From: Ignavibacteriota bacterium
Lineage (GTDB): Bacteria > Bacteroidota > Ignavibacteria > UBA10030 > UBA6906
Reading direction: 5' to 3'
Assembly (NCBI GenBank): GCA_963801355.1
Contig: CAWDEM010000008.1
Coordinates: 1,792,001 to 1,856,000, forward strand
DNA: 64,000 nucleotides
Numbering within the stretch: the stretch's first letter is position 1; each line of letters begins with the position of its first letter. The translations under genes were made by a program, and so were the position numbers. Positions 11,307 to 19,784 of the stretch are shown in pieces. The notes below the pieces were generated by a model. The model made no database searches. It was given only the letters and a program-made list of their open reading frames with translations, and was not told the DNA's origin.

Positions 11307-13712
11307 TCATTCGACGAGCTTCAATTTCTTCAGGAAGGCCGTGAACCGGGGATCGCTTTCAATCCGCCTGAGCAACGGATCACCCACGATCTGACTCACG
11401 CCAGGATCCCGGCGCTCGTATGCGGTCTCGAGCCACTCAAACGCACGGTCCGCGTCACCCCGGTATGCATACACTTCCGCAATCTGGAACGGACCGTCGT
11501 TACTGTACGTTTCGATCAGTCTCTGCAGCAAACTGTCCGCGTCCTGCGTCCTTCCCGCAGCATGGTAGGCAATTGCCAGAGCCTGCTGCCGCCAGAATTC
11601 ATCCTGTTCGAGGCCGGCATTAGCGATCGCGCTGTCGACTTTTCCGAGCGCAAGGTAGCAGAATGCGATCAATGTGCGGGCGGCCGGATACCCCGGGCTC
11701 AGCTCCAGGACTTTGCGCACTTCTGCCAGGGACTCATCAATCCGGTTTGCATACCAATAGGCGAATGTCAGCACCCAGTGACTTCTGTCCAGGATCGGAT
11801 CGAGTGCGACGGCTTTTCGAGCGAGCGCGATGGCCTCATCCTGACGCCCCATGACCAGGGCAAAGACAGCCCTTCGGTTCACCGTCGCTGCATTTCCACG
11901 CCCGAGTTCCAGCGCTCTGCTGAACTCGCGATCTGCCCCCTTCCAGTCCCAGTCCTTTGTGTAGAGGACCTCTGCGAGGTTCCGGTGACCTTCGGCCAGC
12001 ATATCATCGAGTGCAATCGCCTTCAGCGCAGCCTTCCGCGCCTCTTCGACACTGACGGCGCTCCAGCCCTGGGCGAAAGCCATCTGGGCCAGAAGTGCAT
12101 CCGCGAGTGAGGCCCAGAGGCGTGCATCGGTGGAATCGATGTCAAGCCCGCGCCGATAGTACTCGATCCCCTTGAGAACGCTGGCGCGGTCACGTCGATT
12201 CACAAGATGTCTTCCTTGGAGGAGAAAACTGTACGCCGCCGTATTCACCTCGGACGGAGCGCTCAGCTCTGCTACTTCCACGGGAGAGAGGCGGGCCTTG
12301 AGCGCGGAGGCAATTTTCTGAGCGATCTCGCTTTGAATGGCGAAAATCTCCCTGTACTTCCGATCGTACGTCTCGGCCCAGAGATGCCTGTCGTTCGTCG
12401 CATCGATGAGCTGGGCAACGATCCTGACCTGATCCCCTGAACGCCGCACGCTTCCCTCCAGGATCACACCCGCATTGAGCTCCCTGCTAACCTCCCGGAT
12501 GGATTTTGTCGTCCCCTTGTACTGCATGACGGACGTCCGGGAAATAACATTGAGCTCGCCGATCTTGGCCAGCTGGGTAAGGATGTCTTCCGTGATGCCG
12601 TCCGAGAAGTACTCTTCCTCTTTGTCGCCCGCAAGATTGGTGAACGGGAGCACGGCGATCGTCTTATTGTTTGCCGCGCCAGGAGGAGTAGAGGGAAGGA
12701 ACAGATAGAGGCAGATGGCCGCGGCACCGAAGACTCCAGCGGCAATGAGGGAGTACAGCTTCCCCCGTGGTTTTCGCCCGGGTCCCGGAACCCTTCCATC
12801 CGGTACATTCTCGTGAGCAGGAGCCCCGACGGACGTTATTGCATTCGGTTGAACCTCTGCCGCGAGAAGTCTTGTTGTGTACCCGGCCGCCGCGAGATCC
12901 AGATGCTTCCGTTCGCGACGCAGATCGGAGAGCATGTCATCCACGCGCTGGTACCGCTCGTCGAGATCCTTGGCAAGTGCCTTGGCCACGATACGTTCCA
13001 CCTCTGGGCTCACCTTGTCATTGTACCGTGCCATCGGCGCCGGCTGCTCGTTTACCACCGCGTACAGGAGCGCTGCCTCGTGTTCACCCCTGAACGGAAG
13101 CTTGCCCGTAATCAGTTCATACAGGACAACTCCAAAGGAGAAGATGTCGGTTCGATGATCGACCTCCTCCCCACGAGCCTGTTCAGGTGACATATACGCG
13201 GCCGTCCCGAGGGTTGAACCAGCCCTGGTGAGTCTCGTCACACCCTTGAGCTTGGCAAGCCCGAAGTCCATGATCTTGACTTTTCCCTTCGGTGTGATCA
13301 TGATGTTATCGGACTTGATGTCCCGATGGACAATTCCCTTCTCGTGGGCGGTCGCTAGCCCGTCCGCAATTTGCATAGCCACGTCGAGAACCTGGGTGAG
13401 CGGGAGCATTGACCGGGAGGCAAGAACTTTGAGCGTCTCTCCTTCCACGTACTCCATGGCGAGGAACACGTTCTTATCGTGCTCGCAGATCTCGTATATG
13501 GTCGTGATGTTCGGGTGGTTGAGAGAAGACGCTGCCCGGGCTTCATGGTAGAATCGCTCCTTCTCCGAACTCTCGGATGTGAGGTGTGACGGAAGGAACT
13601 TCAAGGCCACGAGTCGATCGAGGGTCGAGTCATGGGCCTTGTACACAACACCCATTCCTCCCTCGCCCAGCTTTTCGAGGATCCGATAGTGGGAGACAAC
13701 CTGGCCTACCAT
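11307..13712 (-). CDS. Transmembrane Ser/Thr protein kinase with TolB-N-like and TPR domains (kinase 1)
   Basis: GEGGMG, VALK, HRDIKSDN, DFG, YMSPEQ. Followed by a TM helix, 'IAVLPF.N...YFSDGITE' and TPR repeats. Confidence 0.95.
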   Translation of the reverse strand: MVGQVVSHYRILEKLGEGGMGVVYKAHDSTLDRLVALKFLPSHLTSESSEKERFYHEARAASSLNHPNITTIYEICEHDKNVFLAMEYVEGETLKVLASRSMLPLTQVLDVAMQIADGLATAHEKGIVHRDIKSDNIMITPKGKVKIMDFGLAKLKGVTRLTRAGSTLGTAAYMSPEQARGEEVDHRTDIFSFGVVLYELITGKLPFRGEHEAALLYAVVNEQPAPMARYNDKVSPEVERIVAKALAKDLDERYQRVDDMLSDLRRERKHLDLAAAGYTTRLLAAEVQPNAITSVGAPAHENVPDGRVPGPGRKPRGKLYSLIAAGVFGAAAICLYLFLPSTPPGAANNKTIAVLPFTNLAGDKEEEYFSDGITEDILTQLAKIGELNVISRTSVMQYKGTTKSIREVSRELNAGVILEGSVRRSGDQVRIVAQLIDATNDRHLWAETYDRKYREIFAIQSEIAQKIASALKARLSPVEVAELSAPSEVNTAAYSFLLQGRHLVNRRDRASVLKGIEYYRRGLDIDSTDARLWASLADALLAQMAFAQGWSAVSVEEARKAALKAIALDDMLAEGHRNLAEVLYTKDWDWKGADREFSRALELGRGNAATVNRRAVFALVMGRQDEAIALARKAVALDPILDRSHWVLTFAYWYANRIDESLAEVRKVLELSPGYPAARTLIAFCYLALGKVDSAIANAGLEQDEFWRQQALAIAYHAAGRTQDADSLLQRLIETYSNDGPFQIAEVYAYRGDADRAFEWLETAYERRDPGVSQIVGDPLLRRIESDPRFTAFLKKLKLVE

Positions 13713-13771
13713 GAGAGAACTCCACAGGGGTGTATGAGCCGCATCGCATGGTGTATCTGGAGCGTGACAGC

Positions 13772-13800
13772 ATAATACGAAGGGGGATCTGGATAGTCAA
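13772..13800 (-). promoter_or_regulatory. sigma70-type promoter of kinase 1
   Basis: TTGACT-N17-TATTAT on the minus strand; the -35 begins 88 nt upstream of the ATG. Confidence 0.75.
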
Positions 13801-13859
13801 ACCAGACCGAGCTGGCCCGACACCTCGGAGTCAGCAGAGCCTGACAGAGTTTCCTCATG

Positions 13860-16181
13860 CTACTTCTCCAGACCGAGCTTCTTGACCAGCGCTATGAAGC
13901 GAGAATCCGATCGGAGCGGGTCAACGCGGGGATCGCCCTTCAGCCAGATTACCTGATCATTCTTTTCCTCATACGCCTGTTGTAGCAGCTCTATCGCCCT
14001 CTCCTTCTTCCCCATGGAGCAATAGATCAGGGCGATGTCATAGGACGGCGGATAGGGATACATTGACAGTGCCTTAAGGATGGAATCGGCTCTCGTGGTT
14101 TCACCAGCTGCAGCATATGCCCGGCCGAGACCTGCCAAAACTACCGAGGAATTCTCCATCCGGAGTGCTATCTGGAACTCCGAGATTGCAGAGGAATAGT
14201 CCCCTTTTTGGAGATATTGGTCGCCCAGGACATATCGTGCGAAGTAGAATGAGGGATTCATTTCGACCGCTTTGCGGGCGTTTTCAAGTGCTTCGTCATA
14301 CCGGCGCATGAAGAACGCGGGCAGACCCATTTCGATGTTGATGAAAGGTGAGAGCGGGTCAAGCTGATGTGCTCGCTGCAGCTCCGCCTTGCCCTCATCG
14401 TAACGCCCCAGAAAAGTCAGGTACCTCCCGAACCAGAAGTGGGCCCCGGCGAAACCAGGGTTTAGCTCAATTGCCCGGCGAAATTCCGCCTCTGCTCCCG
14501 GCCAATCGAAGTCGTAGGCCATTTTCACGAGGGCAAGCGAAAGGTGTGCCTCGCTTAGCTGGCCGTCTCTTTCAACAGCCCGCAGTGCCGCTGCGCGCGA
14601 TCTCTCCATCGCTTGCTTTGGGGGAAGATACGTGTTCGACACCCAGTAGTACGCATCAGCCAGTCCCGCGTATGCCAGCGCGTATGTGGGATCCCTTGCG
14701 ATTGCCTGATCGTAGAATCCAACCGCCTTATGAAATCCTTCCTCTGTCAGTCTCTCGGCCCAGAAGCGACCCTTGAGGTAGAGCTGGTAGGCTTCTGCAT
14801 CCTGGGTGAAGGATTTGGAAAGGCGCCCTTGTTCAGCTCCGGACAACTTCAATCGCAGGCGGTCTGATATCTCTTCCGCGATCTCCTCCTGAAGAACCAG
14901 AATATCACTGAACTTGCGGTTATAGCGTTCCCCCCAGAGTTGGGTCCCTTCGATGGCATCGACCAGATCTGCTTGAATAGTCAGCAACTCCTCCCGTCGG
15001 ATTATTTTCCCCGTCAGCACTGCACGGACTTTGAGCGTTCTTCCGATTATTTGCGGTTCCTGTTCCTTCCCCTTGTAGCTGAACGCCGTCGTTCTCGCGA
15101 TGACACGCAGCTGAGGAAACTGAGCAAACTTGTTGATAAGGGTTTCTGTGAGGCCATCACAAATGTATTCAAGCGTCGAGTCACCTGTTGCATTGACAAA
15201 CGGCAGGAGGGCTACCGAATCGATGGCGGCAGGACGACGGGCAAGAAAAAGAGTTCCTGCCACTGCAAGGACAATGAATGCGACGACAACACTTGCATTT
15301 CGGATCAAACGTGGCCTTTGCCAGAATGGTTGCCTGAACTCCGGTCGAGGCAGACTGCTTGAGTCGCGTCCGCCGTTCAGCGCTCGCAGGTCCGCGCCCA
15401 ATGTCTCAATCTGCTGATATCGTTCTCGCTGGTCTTTCTGCATTGCTTTCATGACAATTTGCTGCAATGCTATTGGAGTTTCCGGCCTGAGTGTCTCAAT
15501 GCGCGATGGTTCCGCATTCAGCGTCTGGTAGATGATCGCCTGGTCATACTCGGCTTCAAAAGGCCGCCTGCCGGTAAACATTTCGTAGAGCACCACCCCC
15601 AGCGACCAAATATCGGTTCTGTGGTCAGCCGGTTCGCCTCGTGCCTGCTCGGGCGACATGTATGCTGCAGTCCCGAGTGTGCTGCCTGCTTTAGTGAGCA
15701 TCGTGCGGCCGCTAAGCTTTGCCAGTCCGAAATCGACGATCTTTGCCACGCCGTCTGTGGTCACTATGATGTTGGCCGGCTTGATGTCGCGGTGGATAAT
15801 GCCGTGCTCGTGAGCCTTGGTGAGACCCTGCGTCACCTGAACCGCGACATCGATAGCTTCGTCTATCTTCAGCGGTCCACGCTCGATCTTCTTCTTCAGT
15901 GTCTCTCCCTCGTAGAAGTCCATGACAATGAACGATTGCCCGTCGTCTGTCTCGTCGATATCATGGACGGTGCAGATATTATTGTGCTGGAGGGCGGAGG
16001 CAGCCTTCGCCTCGTGGATAAATCGCTGCTTTGCTTCGGGGTCACGGGTGAGATCGGGAGGAAGAAACTTAAGAGCTACCGTTCGGTCGAGCTTGAGGTC
16101 CAAGGCTTTGTACACAACACCCATCCCACCGCCGCCGAGGTGCTCGAGGATCTTGTAGTGCGAAACAGTTTTTCCAATCAT
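13860..16181 (-). CDS. Transmembrane Ser/Thr protein kinase with TolB-N-like and TPR domains (kinase 2)
   Basis: [25 protein letters not shown] helix, 'SVALLPFVN', 'EAYQLYLKGR' and TPRs. Starts 10 nt after the kinase 3 stop. Confidence 0.95.
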   Translation of the reverse strand: MIGKTVSHYKILEHLGGGGMGVVYKALDLKLDRTVALKFLPPDLTRDPEAKQRFIHEAKAASALQHNNICTVHDIDETDDGQSFIVMDFYEGETLKKKIERGPLKIDEAIDVAVQVTQGLTKAHEHGIIHRDIKPANIIVTTDGVAKIVDFGLAKLSGRTMLTKAGSTLGTAAYMSPEQARGEPADHRTDIWSLGVVLYEMFTGRRPFEAEYDQAIIYQTLNAEPSRIETLRPETPIALQQIVMKAMQKDQRERYQQIETLGADLRALNGGRDSSSLPRPEFRQPFWQRPRLIRNASVVVAFIVLAVAGTLFLARRPAAIDSVALLPFVNATGDSTLEYICDGLTETLINKFAQFPQLRVIARTTAFSYKGKEQEPQIIGRTLKVRAVLTGKIIRREELLTIQADLVDAIEGTQLWGERYNRKFSDILVLQEEIAEEISDRLRLKLSGAEQGRLSKSFTQDAEAYQLYLKGRFWAERLTEEGFHKAVGFYDQAIARDPTYALAYAGLADAYYWVSNTYLPPKQAMERSRAAALRAVERDGQLSEAHLSLALVKMAYDFDWPGAEAEFRRAIELNPGFAGAHFWFGRYLTFLGRYDEGKAELQRAHQLDPLSPFINIEMGLPAFFMRRYDEALENARKAVEMNPSFYFARYVLGDQYLQKGDYSSAISEFQIALRMENSSVVLAGLGRAYAAAGETTRADSILKALSMYPYPPSYDIALIYCSMGKKERAIELLQQAYEEKNDQVIWLKGDPRVDPLRSDSRFIALVKKLGLEK

Positions 16182-16191
16182 CGGCAGATTT

Positions 16192-19116
16192 TCAATTCAC
16201 CGGCCCAAGATACCGATCGAGCCAGGCAAGTGTCTCCCTGGTTACGTCCTTGAGGGGCACGTAGTGATCAGAATCGTACAGCAGAAGCCGCTTCTGTCCC
16301 TGGGGGGTGCCCAGGCGTTCGTACATCGGCTCGATTGAAATGTCAAGGGGAAAAAACATATCATACTTCCCGTTGAGCATTAACGTCGGAATGTGTACAC
16401 GGGGGGCATAGTTGAATTCGTCCGCTTCCGGCCGCGGGGAAGCGTCAGCTCCAAATCCGCCCAGGAGGAGAATGCTTGCTTTCAGGCGCCCTTCCACTGC
16501 CGCAAAGATTGTCCCCAACCGGCCGCCCCAACTGAATCCATAGTATGCGAGCTTTGAAGTGTCAATGTCCTTCCTTGTGGAGAGATAGTCGATTGTCCTG
16601 CCGAAATCCTTGACCCATTTTACCACGAGCTCTGTGTACGCGTTCTGATATTTCTTCTTTGGCCAGACCTGATCGAACTTCACCCCAATGGTGTTCCGTT
16701 CGTAGGTCCCATAGTAGACCGGATACACTACGGCGCGCCCGCTTTTCAGTATGAAATCGAATAGTGTCTCGCCAACGAGTTTCTCACTCGACGGCAGGTG
16801 GGGTGCGTTCATTCCTGGAAAGAAGATGACCGTCTGGAAAGGCCCTGCAGATCTCCTGGGCAGGTACAGAAAGGCGATAACCCGTTCTCTGCCATAGGCC
16901 GCATCGAATGTGACCTTCTCTCGAATCCAGTCCGGTGAGCTTTCATTCCGACCCTCAACGGCAGAGTTGAGATCCATCTTGTCGTAGGAGAATTGATCCG
17001 CATACACATGGAAGATCGCGTCTGGTACGGGATGTTCATGCCTGTAGTCTCTTGTTGGCCAGTCCACTCGAGCAAATGCTCGCTGGGGGATCCTGGCCTT
17101 GTCCAGGTAGCAAACGCATCGAAACCCGTTCTTTTCTGAGCGGTCAAACGCCGGAGCCTGGCTCAAATGACCGTACATATAGGAGACGTCGTTCCAGGCG
17201 CCACCCCTCACGCAACGCCCTCCTTTCGATTCGTTGAAACACCACTCCCGCACATTCCCTGCCATGTCATAAGCCCCGTAGGTACTCATCCCCTCGTAGG
17301 CCCCGACGCGACAAGGTCCCGAGCTGCCGAAGTTGCTGAGGTTTCCAATCTTGGTGGGAAAGTACTGATACACTATCTGCAGTCCTGCGGCAACGTACCA
17401 ATGGTATGCCGTCGGTAGATCCTTCCCCGAGAATTCTGCGTATGCCGCGGCTTCATACCAGTTTACGCCGGACACCGGATAGTCTTCCTGTCCGTCCGGA
17501 TAGTCTCCCGCTTGCCATGTCGAGGGGCCCGGCCTCCCCGTCGCGTCCACGAATTGCTGCATCGCTTCCTGCCACGAGAGCTTCTTGCCATCCCTGACGA
17601 ATTCATGCTTCCAGTACTTGATGTTTTGATAGCCTCCTGCCTCGATGAACTTCATGTACTGAGCGTTCGTCACTTCATATTTGTCCATGAAGAATTCGCC
17701 AAGAGTCACTACGGTATCTTCTATTTCGTACGACCTCCCCCCGGACACACGCACCATTCCCTGGGGTGTTCTTCCCAGTGTGTCCAATCTCCTCCAGAGC
17801 GAGTCTTGTGTGAAGAACACTGCGAAGAGGGTGTCAAAGCCTGCTTTCTCGAATTTCCAGCGGAAGAAGCCTTTGGGTACTCTTACACTGTCCAGTGGGG
17901 TCACACCGACATTGGTCCATTCGCTCTCCACAGACGAATACTCTTTGCGGAAAGCATTCGCACCCGGCGGGTCAGTCCGGATGTTCATTCTCACTGAAAA
18001 CGTCGGCCAGAGCTTCGCCAATGCGGAGTCATCGGGAATGTACCTCTCCGCCTTCTTGGCGAGCATAAATGCATCTTGAAATTCAGTTAATCTTCCGGTC
18101 AGAATTGCCTGTTCCGCCAGCCGTTTGATTTCGGGAATCGCCTCATTTCTTGCCCATTGGGTTTTCTCAGCCTGGTCTACGTACCAGGCAAGTGCACCAA
18201 CGATCACAACCACCGCTCCAATAAGCGGGATGAGTGTCTTCGGACGTATGAACCTTCGTGCGAGAGCGACAGGGCTGCGCTGAGTTGTGGTAGGCTGAAG
18301 ACATGTGCTTTTGATCTCGGTAAGATCGTTGAGAAGGTCTGTGGCAAGCTTGTATCGTTCCGAAGGGTTCTTCTCGAGTGCCTTCCGGACGATCTTCGAC
18401 AGCTCCGGCGGCACGTCGGGTCGAATCTGGTCTATCGGTTTCGGATCTTCGTTGAGAATGGAATACATGAGCGCGGCATCATGGTCGCCCCTAAACGGGA
18501 GCTGTCCGCTCAACATTTCGTAGAGGACAGCTCCAAGCGACCAGATGTCGGTGCGGTGATCGGTGAGTTCGCCCCGCGTCTGCTCGGGCGACATGTATCC
18601 AGCCGTCCCGAGCGTGGTGCCTGTCTTGGTGAGCATCGTTCGGCCGCTGAGCTTCGCCAGTCCGAAATCGACGATCTTGGCCACGCCATCGGTGGTGACC
18701 ATGATGTTGGCGGGCTTGATGTCGCGATGGACAATGCCGTGATCGTGGGCCTTGGCCAGACCTTGAGCAATCTGGATCGCGATGTCGATCGCTTCCTCAA
18801 TCTTCAACGGGCCGCGCTCAATCTTCCTCTTGAGCGTCTCGCCTTCGTAGCAGTCCATGATAATAAAGAGCTGGCCCTCAGGTGACTCCTCGATATCATG
18901 GATCGTACAAATGTTGTTGTGTTGGAGAGCAGAGGCTGCCTGAGCCTCATGGATGAATCGCTGCTTGGCCTCAGGATCGCGAGTGAGCTCGGGAGGGAGG
19001 AATTTCAGCGCAACCGTGCGTTCAAGCTTGAGGTCCTGGGCTTTGTAGACAACACCCATCCCGCCGCCGCCGAGGTGCTCGAGGATCTTATAGTGGGAAA
19101 CGGTGTGGCCGATCAT
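16192..19116 (-). CDS. Ser/Thr kinase fused to FGE-sulfatase (C-type lectin fold) and alpha/beta-hydrolase domains (kinase 3)
   Basis: Kinase motifs and a TM helix. FGE motifs 'YEVTNAQY', 'PV..VNW.EA.AY', 'DMAGNVREW', 'RGGAW', 'GFRC'. Hydrolase motifs GFSWGG, NGKYD, DSDH. Confidence 0.93.
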   Translation of the reverse strand: MIGHTVSHYKILEHLGGGGMGVVYKAQDLKLERTVALKFLPPELTRDPEAKQRFIHEAQAASALQHNNICTIHDIEESPEGQLFIIMDCYEGETLKRKIERGPLKIEEAIDIAIQIAQGLAKAHDHGIVHRDIKPANIMVTTDGVAKIVDFGLAKLSGRTMLTKTGTTLGTAGYMSPEQTRGELTDHRTDIWSLGAVLYEMLSGQLPFRGDHDAALMYSILNEDPKPIDQIRPDVPPELSKIVRKALEKNPSERYKLATDLLNDLTEIKSTCLQPTTTQRSPVALARRFIRPKTLIPLIGAVVVIVGALAWYVDQAEKTQWARNEAIPEIKRLAEQAILTGRLTEFQDAFMLAKKAERYIPDDSALAKLWPTFSVRMNIRTDPPGANAFRKEYSSVESEWTNVGVTPLDSVRVPKGFFRWKFEKAGFDTLFAVFFTQDSLWRRLDTLGRTPQGMVRVSGGRSYEIEDTVVTLGEFFMDKYEVTNAQYMKFIEAGGYQNIKYWKHEFVRDGKKLSWQEAMQQFVDATGRPGPSTWQAGDYPDGQEDYPVSGVNWYEAAAYAEFSGKDLPTAYHWYVAAGLQIVYQYFPTKIGNLSNFGSSGPCRVGAYEGMSTYGAYDMAGNVREWCFNESKGGRCVRGGAWNDVSYMYGHLSQAPAFDRSEKNGFRCVCYLDKARIPQRAFARVDWPTRDYRHEHPVPDAIFHVYADQFSYDKMDLNSAVEGRNESSPDWIREKVTFDAAYGRERVIAFLYLPRRSAGPFQTVIFFPGMNAPHLPSSEKLVGETLFDFILKSGRAVVYPVYYGTYERNTIGVKFDQVWPKKKYQNAYTELVVKWVKDFGRTIDYLSTRKDIDTSKLAYYGFSWGGRLGTIFAAVEGRLKASILLLGGFGADASPRPEADEFNYAPRVHIPTLMLNGKYDMFFPLDISIEPMYERLGTPQGQKRLLLYDSDHYVPLKDVTRETLAWLDRYLGPVN

Positions 19117-19175
19117 GGGAAACCTGGATGAGCGTGTACGATTCCCGTGGCATGAAGAATCAGCAGTACGGTCGT

Positions 19176-19204
19176 ATAATACGGGAGGGGATGGTGATAG
19201 TCAA
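19176..19204 (-). promoter_or_regulatory. sigma70-type promoter of the kinase 3-kinase 2 operon
   Basis: TTGACT-N17-TATTAT; the -35 begins 88 nt upstream of the ATG. Confidence 0.75.
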
Positions 19205-19249
19205 ACGCCGCATAGGCCCCGGGTCGATCAAGTCACAGTTAGAGAAGCC

Positions 19250-19302
19250 CGAAAACACGAAGACCCAAAGCCACCTTTCCTCAGTAGTTTGAGTCTTCGT
19301 GT
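19250..19302 (-). terminator. Rho-independent terminator downstream of the tRNA fragment
   Basis: Minus strand ACACGAAGACTCAAA...TTTGGGTCTTCGTGT (15-bp stem with one G-U pair) followed by TTT. Confidence 0.65.
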
Positions 19303-19649
19303 ACTTGGCTCCGCGAGCAGGACTCGAACCGAGCCCAAACTCATCATATGGCGAAATCAGGCACCTGGCGCGTCCAAGAGTTCTCTTTGTTCACGGTTGT
19401 TACGCCTCAAGGGTACAATTGCAGTACAGTCGAATTGAGAGGCACTCTGAGAAGCTCGAGGCGAGAAAGGACCCACAAACAACTCAACGGGGCCCACCAC
19501 GTTTCGATTACCATGCACTTCAACAGAGCTATGCGAAGATGCTGTCTGAAGGACCGTTCAAAACGCAGACGGAGCTCGCTCGTCATTTGTGTGTCGGCAG
19601 AGTGTGGGTCAGTAGGGCGTTAAAGGGGATCAAGAGGAGGGCCAGCTGA
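19299..19649 (+). CDS. Small protein with C-terminal helix-turn-helix next to the att site (start uncertain)
   Basis: C-terminus 'FKTQTELARHLCVGRVWVSRALKG' is HTH-like. The N-terminal 'LAPRAGLEP' is the antisense reading of the tRNA fragment. Confidence 0.45.
   Translation: MYLAPRAGLEPSPNSSYGEIRHLARPRVLFVHGCYASRVQLQYSRIERHSEKLEARKDPQTTQRGPPRFDYHALQQSYAKMLSEGPFKTQTELARHLCVGRVWVSRALKGIKRRAS
19306..19330 (-). mobile_element. tRNA 3'-end fragment (Asn-like), putative att site of an integrative element
   Basis: Minus strand GGTTCGAGTCCTGCTCGCGGAGCCA = T-loop, 3' T-stem, acceptor strand and CCA. The 5' T-stem strand and the rest of the tRNA are absent. Confidence 0.7.
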
Positions 19650-19784
19650 TGAATGTCACATGGATTCAAGCATTGACTCTGTTGTAGAAAAACAGGATCA
19701 TACCATCCCCGGACGTCTGCACTCCCTGCACACGCACACAAGCGGAAGGACCGGTTCACGACTTTCGAAGAGGCGGAATCAGCC

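Noticed and set aside
17100-17300. FGE-sulfatase C-terminus as a diversity-generating retroelement variable region
   Set aside because: No template repeat or reverse transcriptase is visible in the window, and the domain is internal. It cannot be excluded in trans but has no support here.
19306-19380. Complete tRNA gene
   Set aside because: Only the 3' 25 nt fit. The 5' T-stem strand, anticodon arm and D arm are missing.
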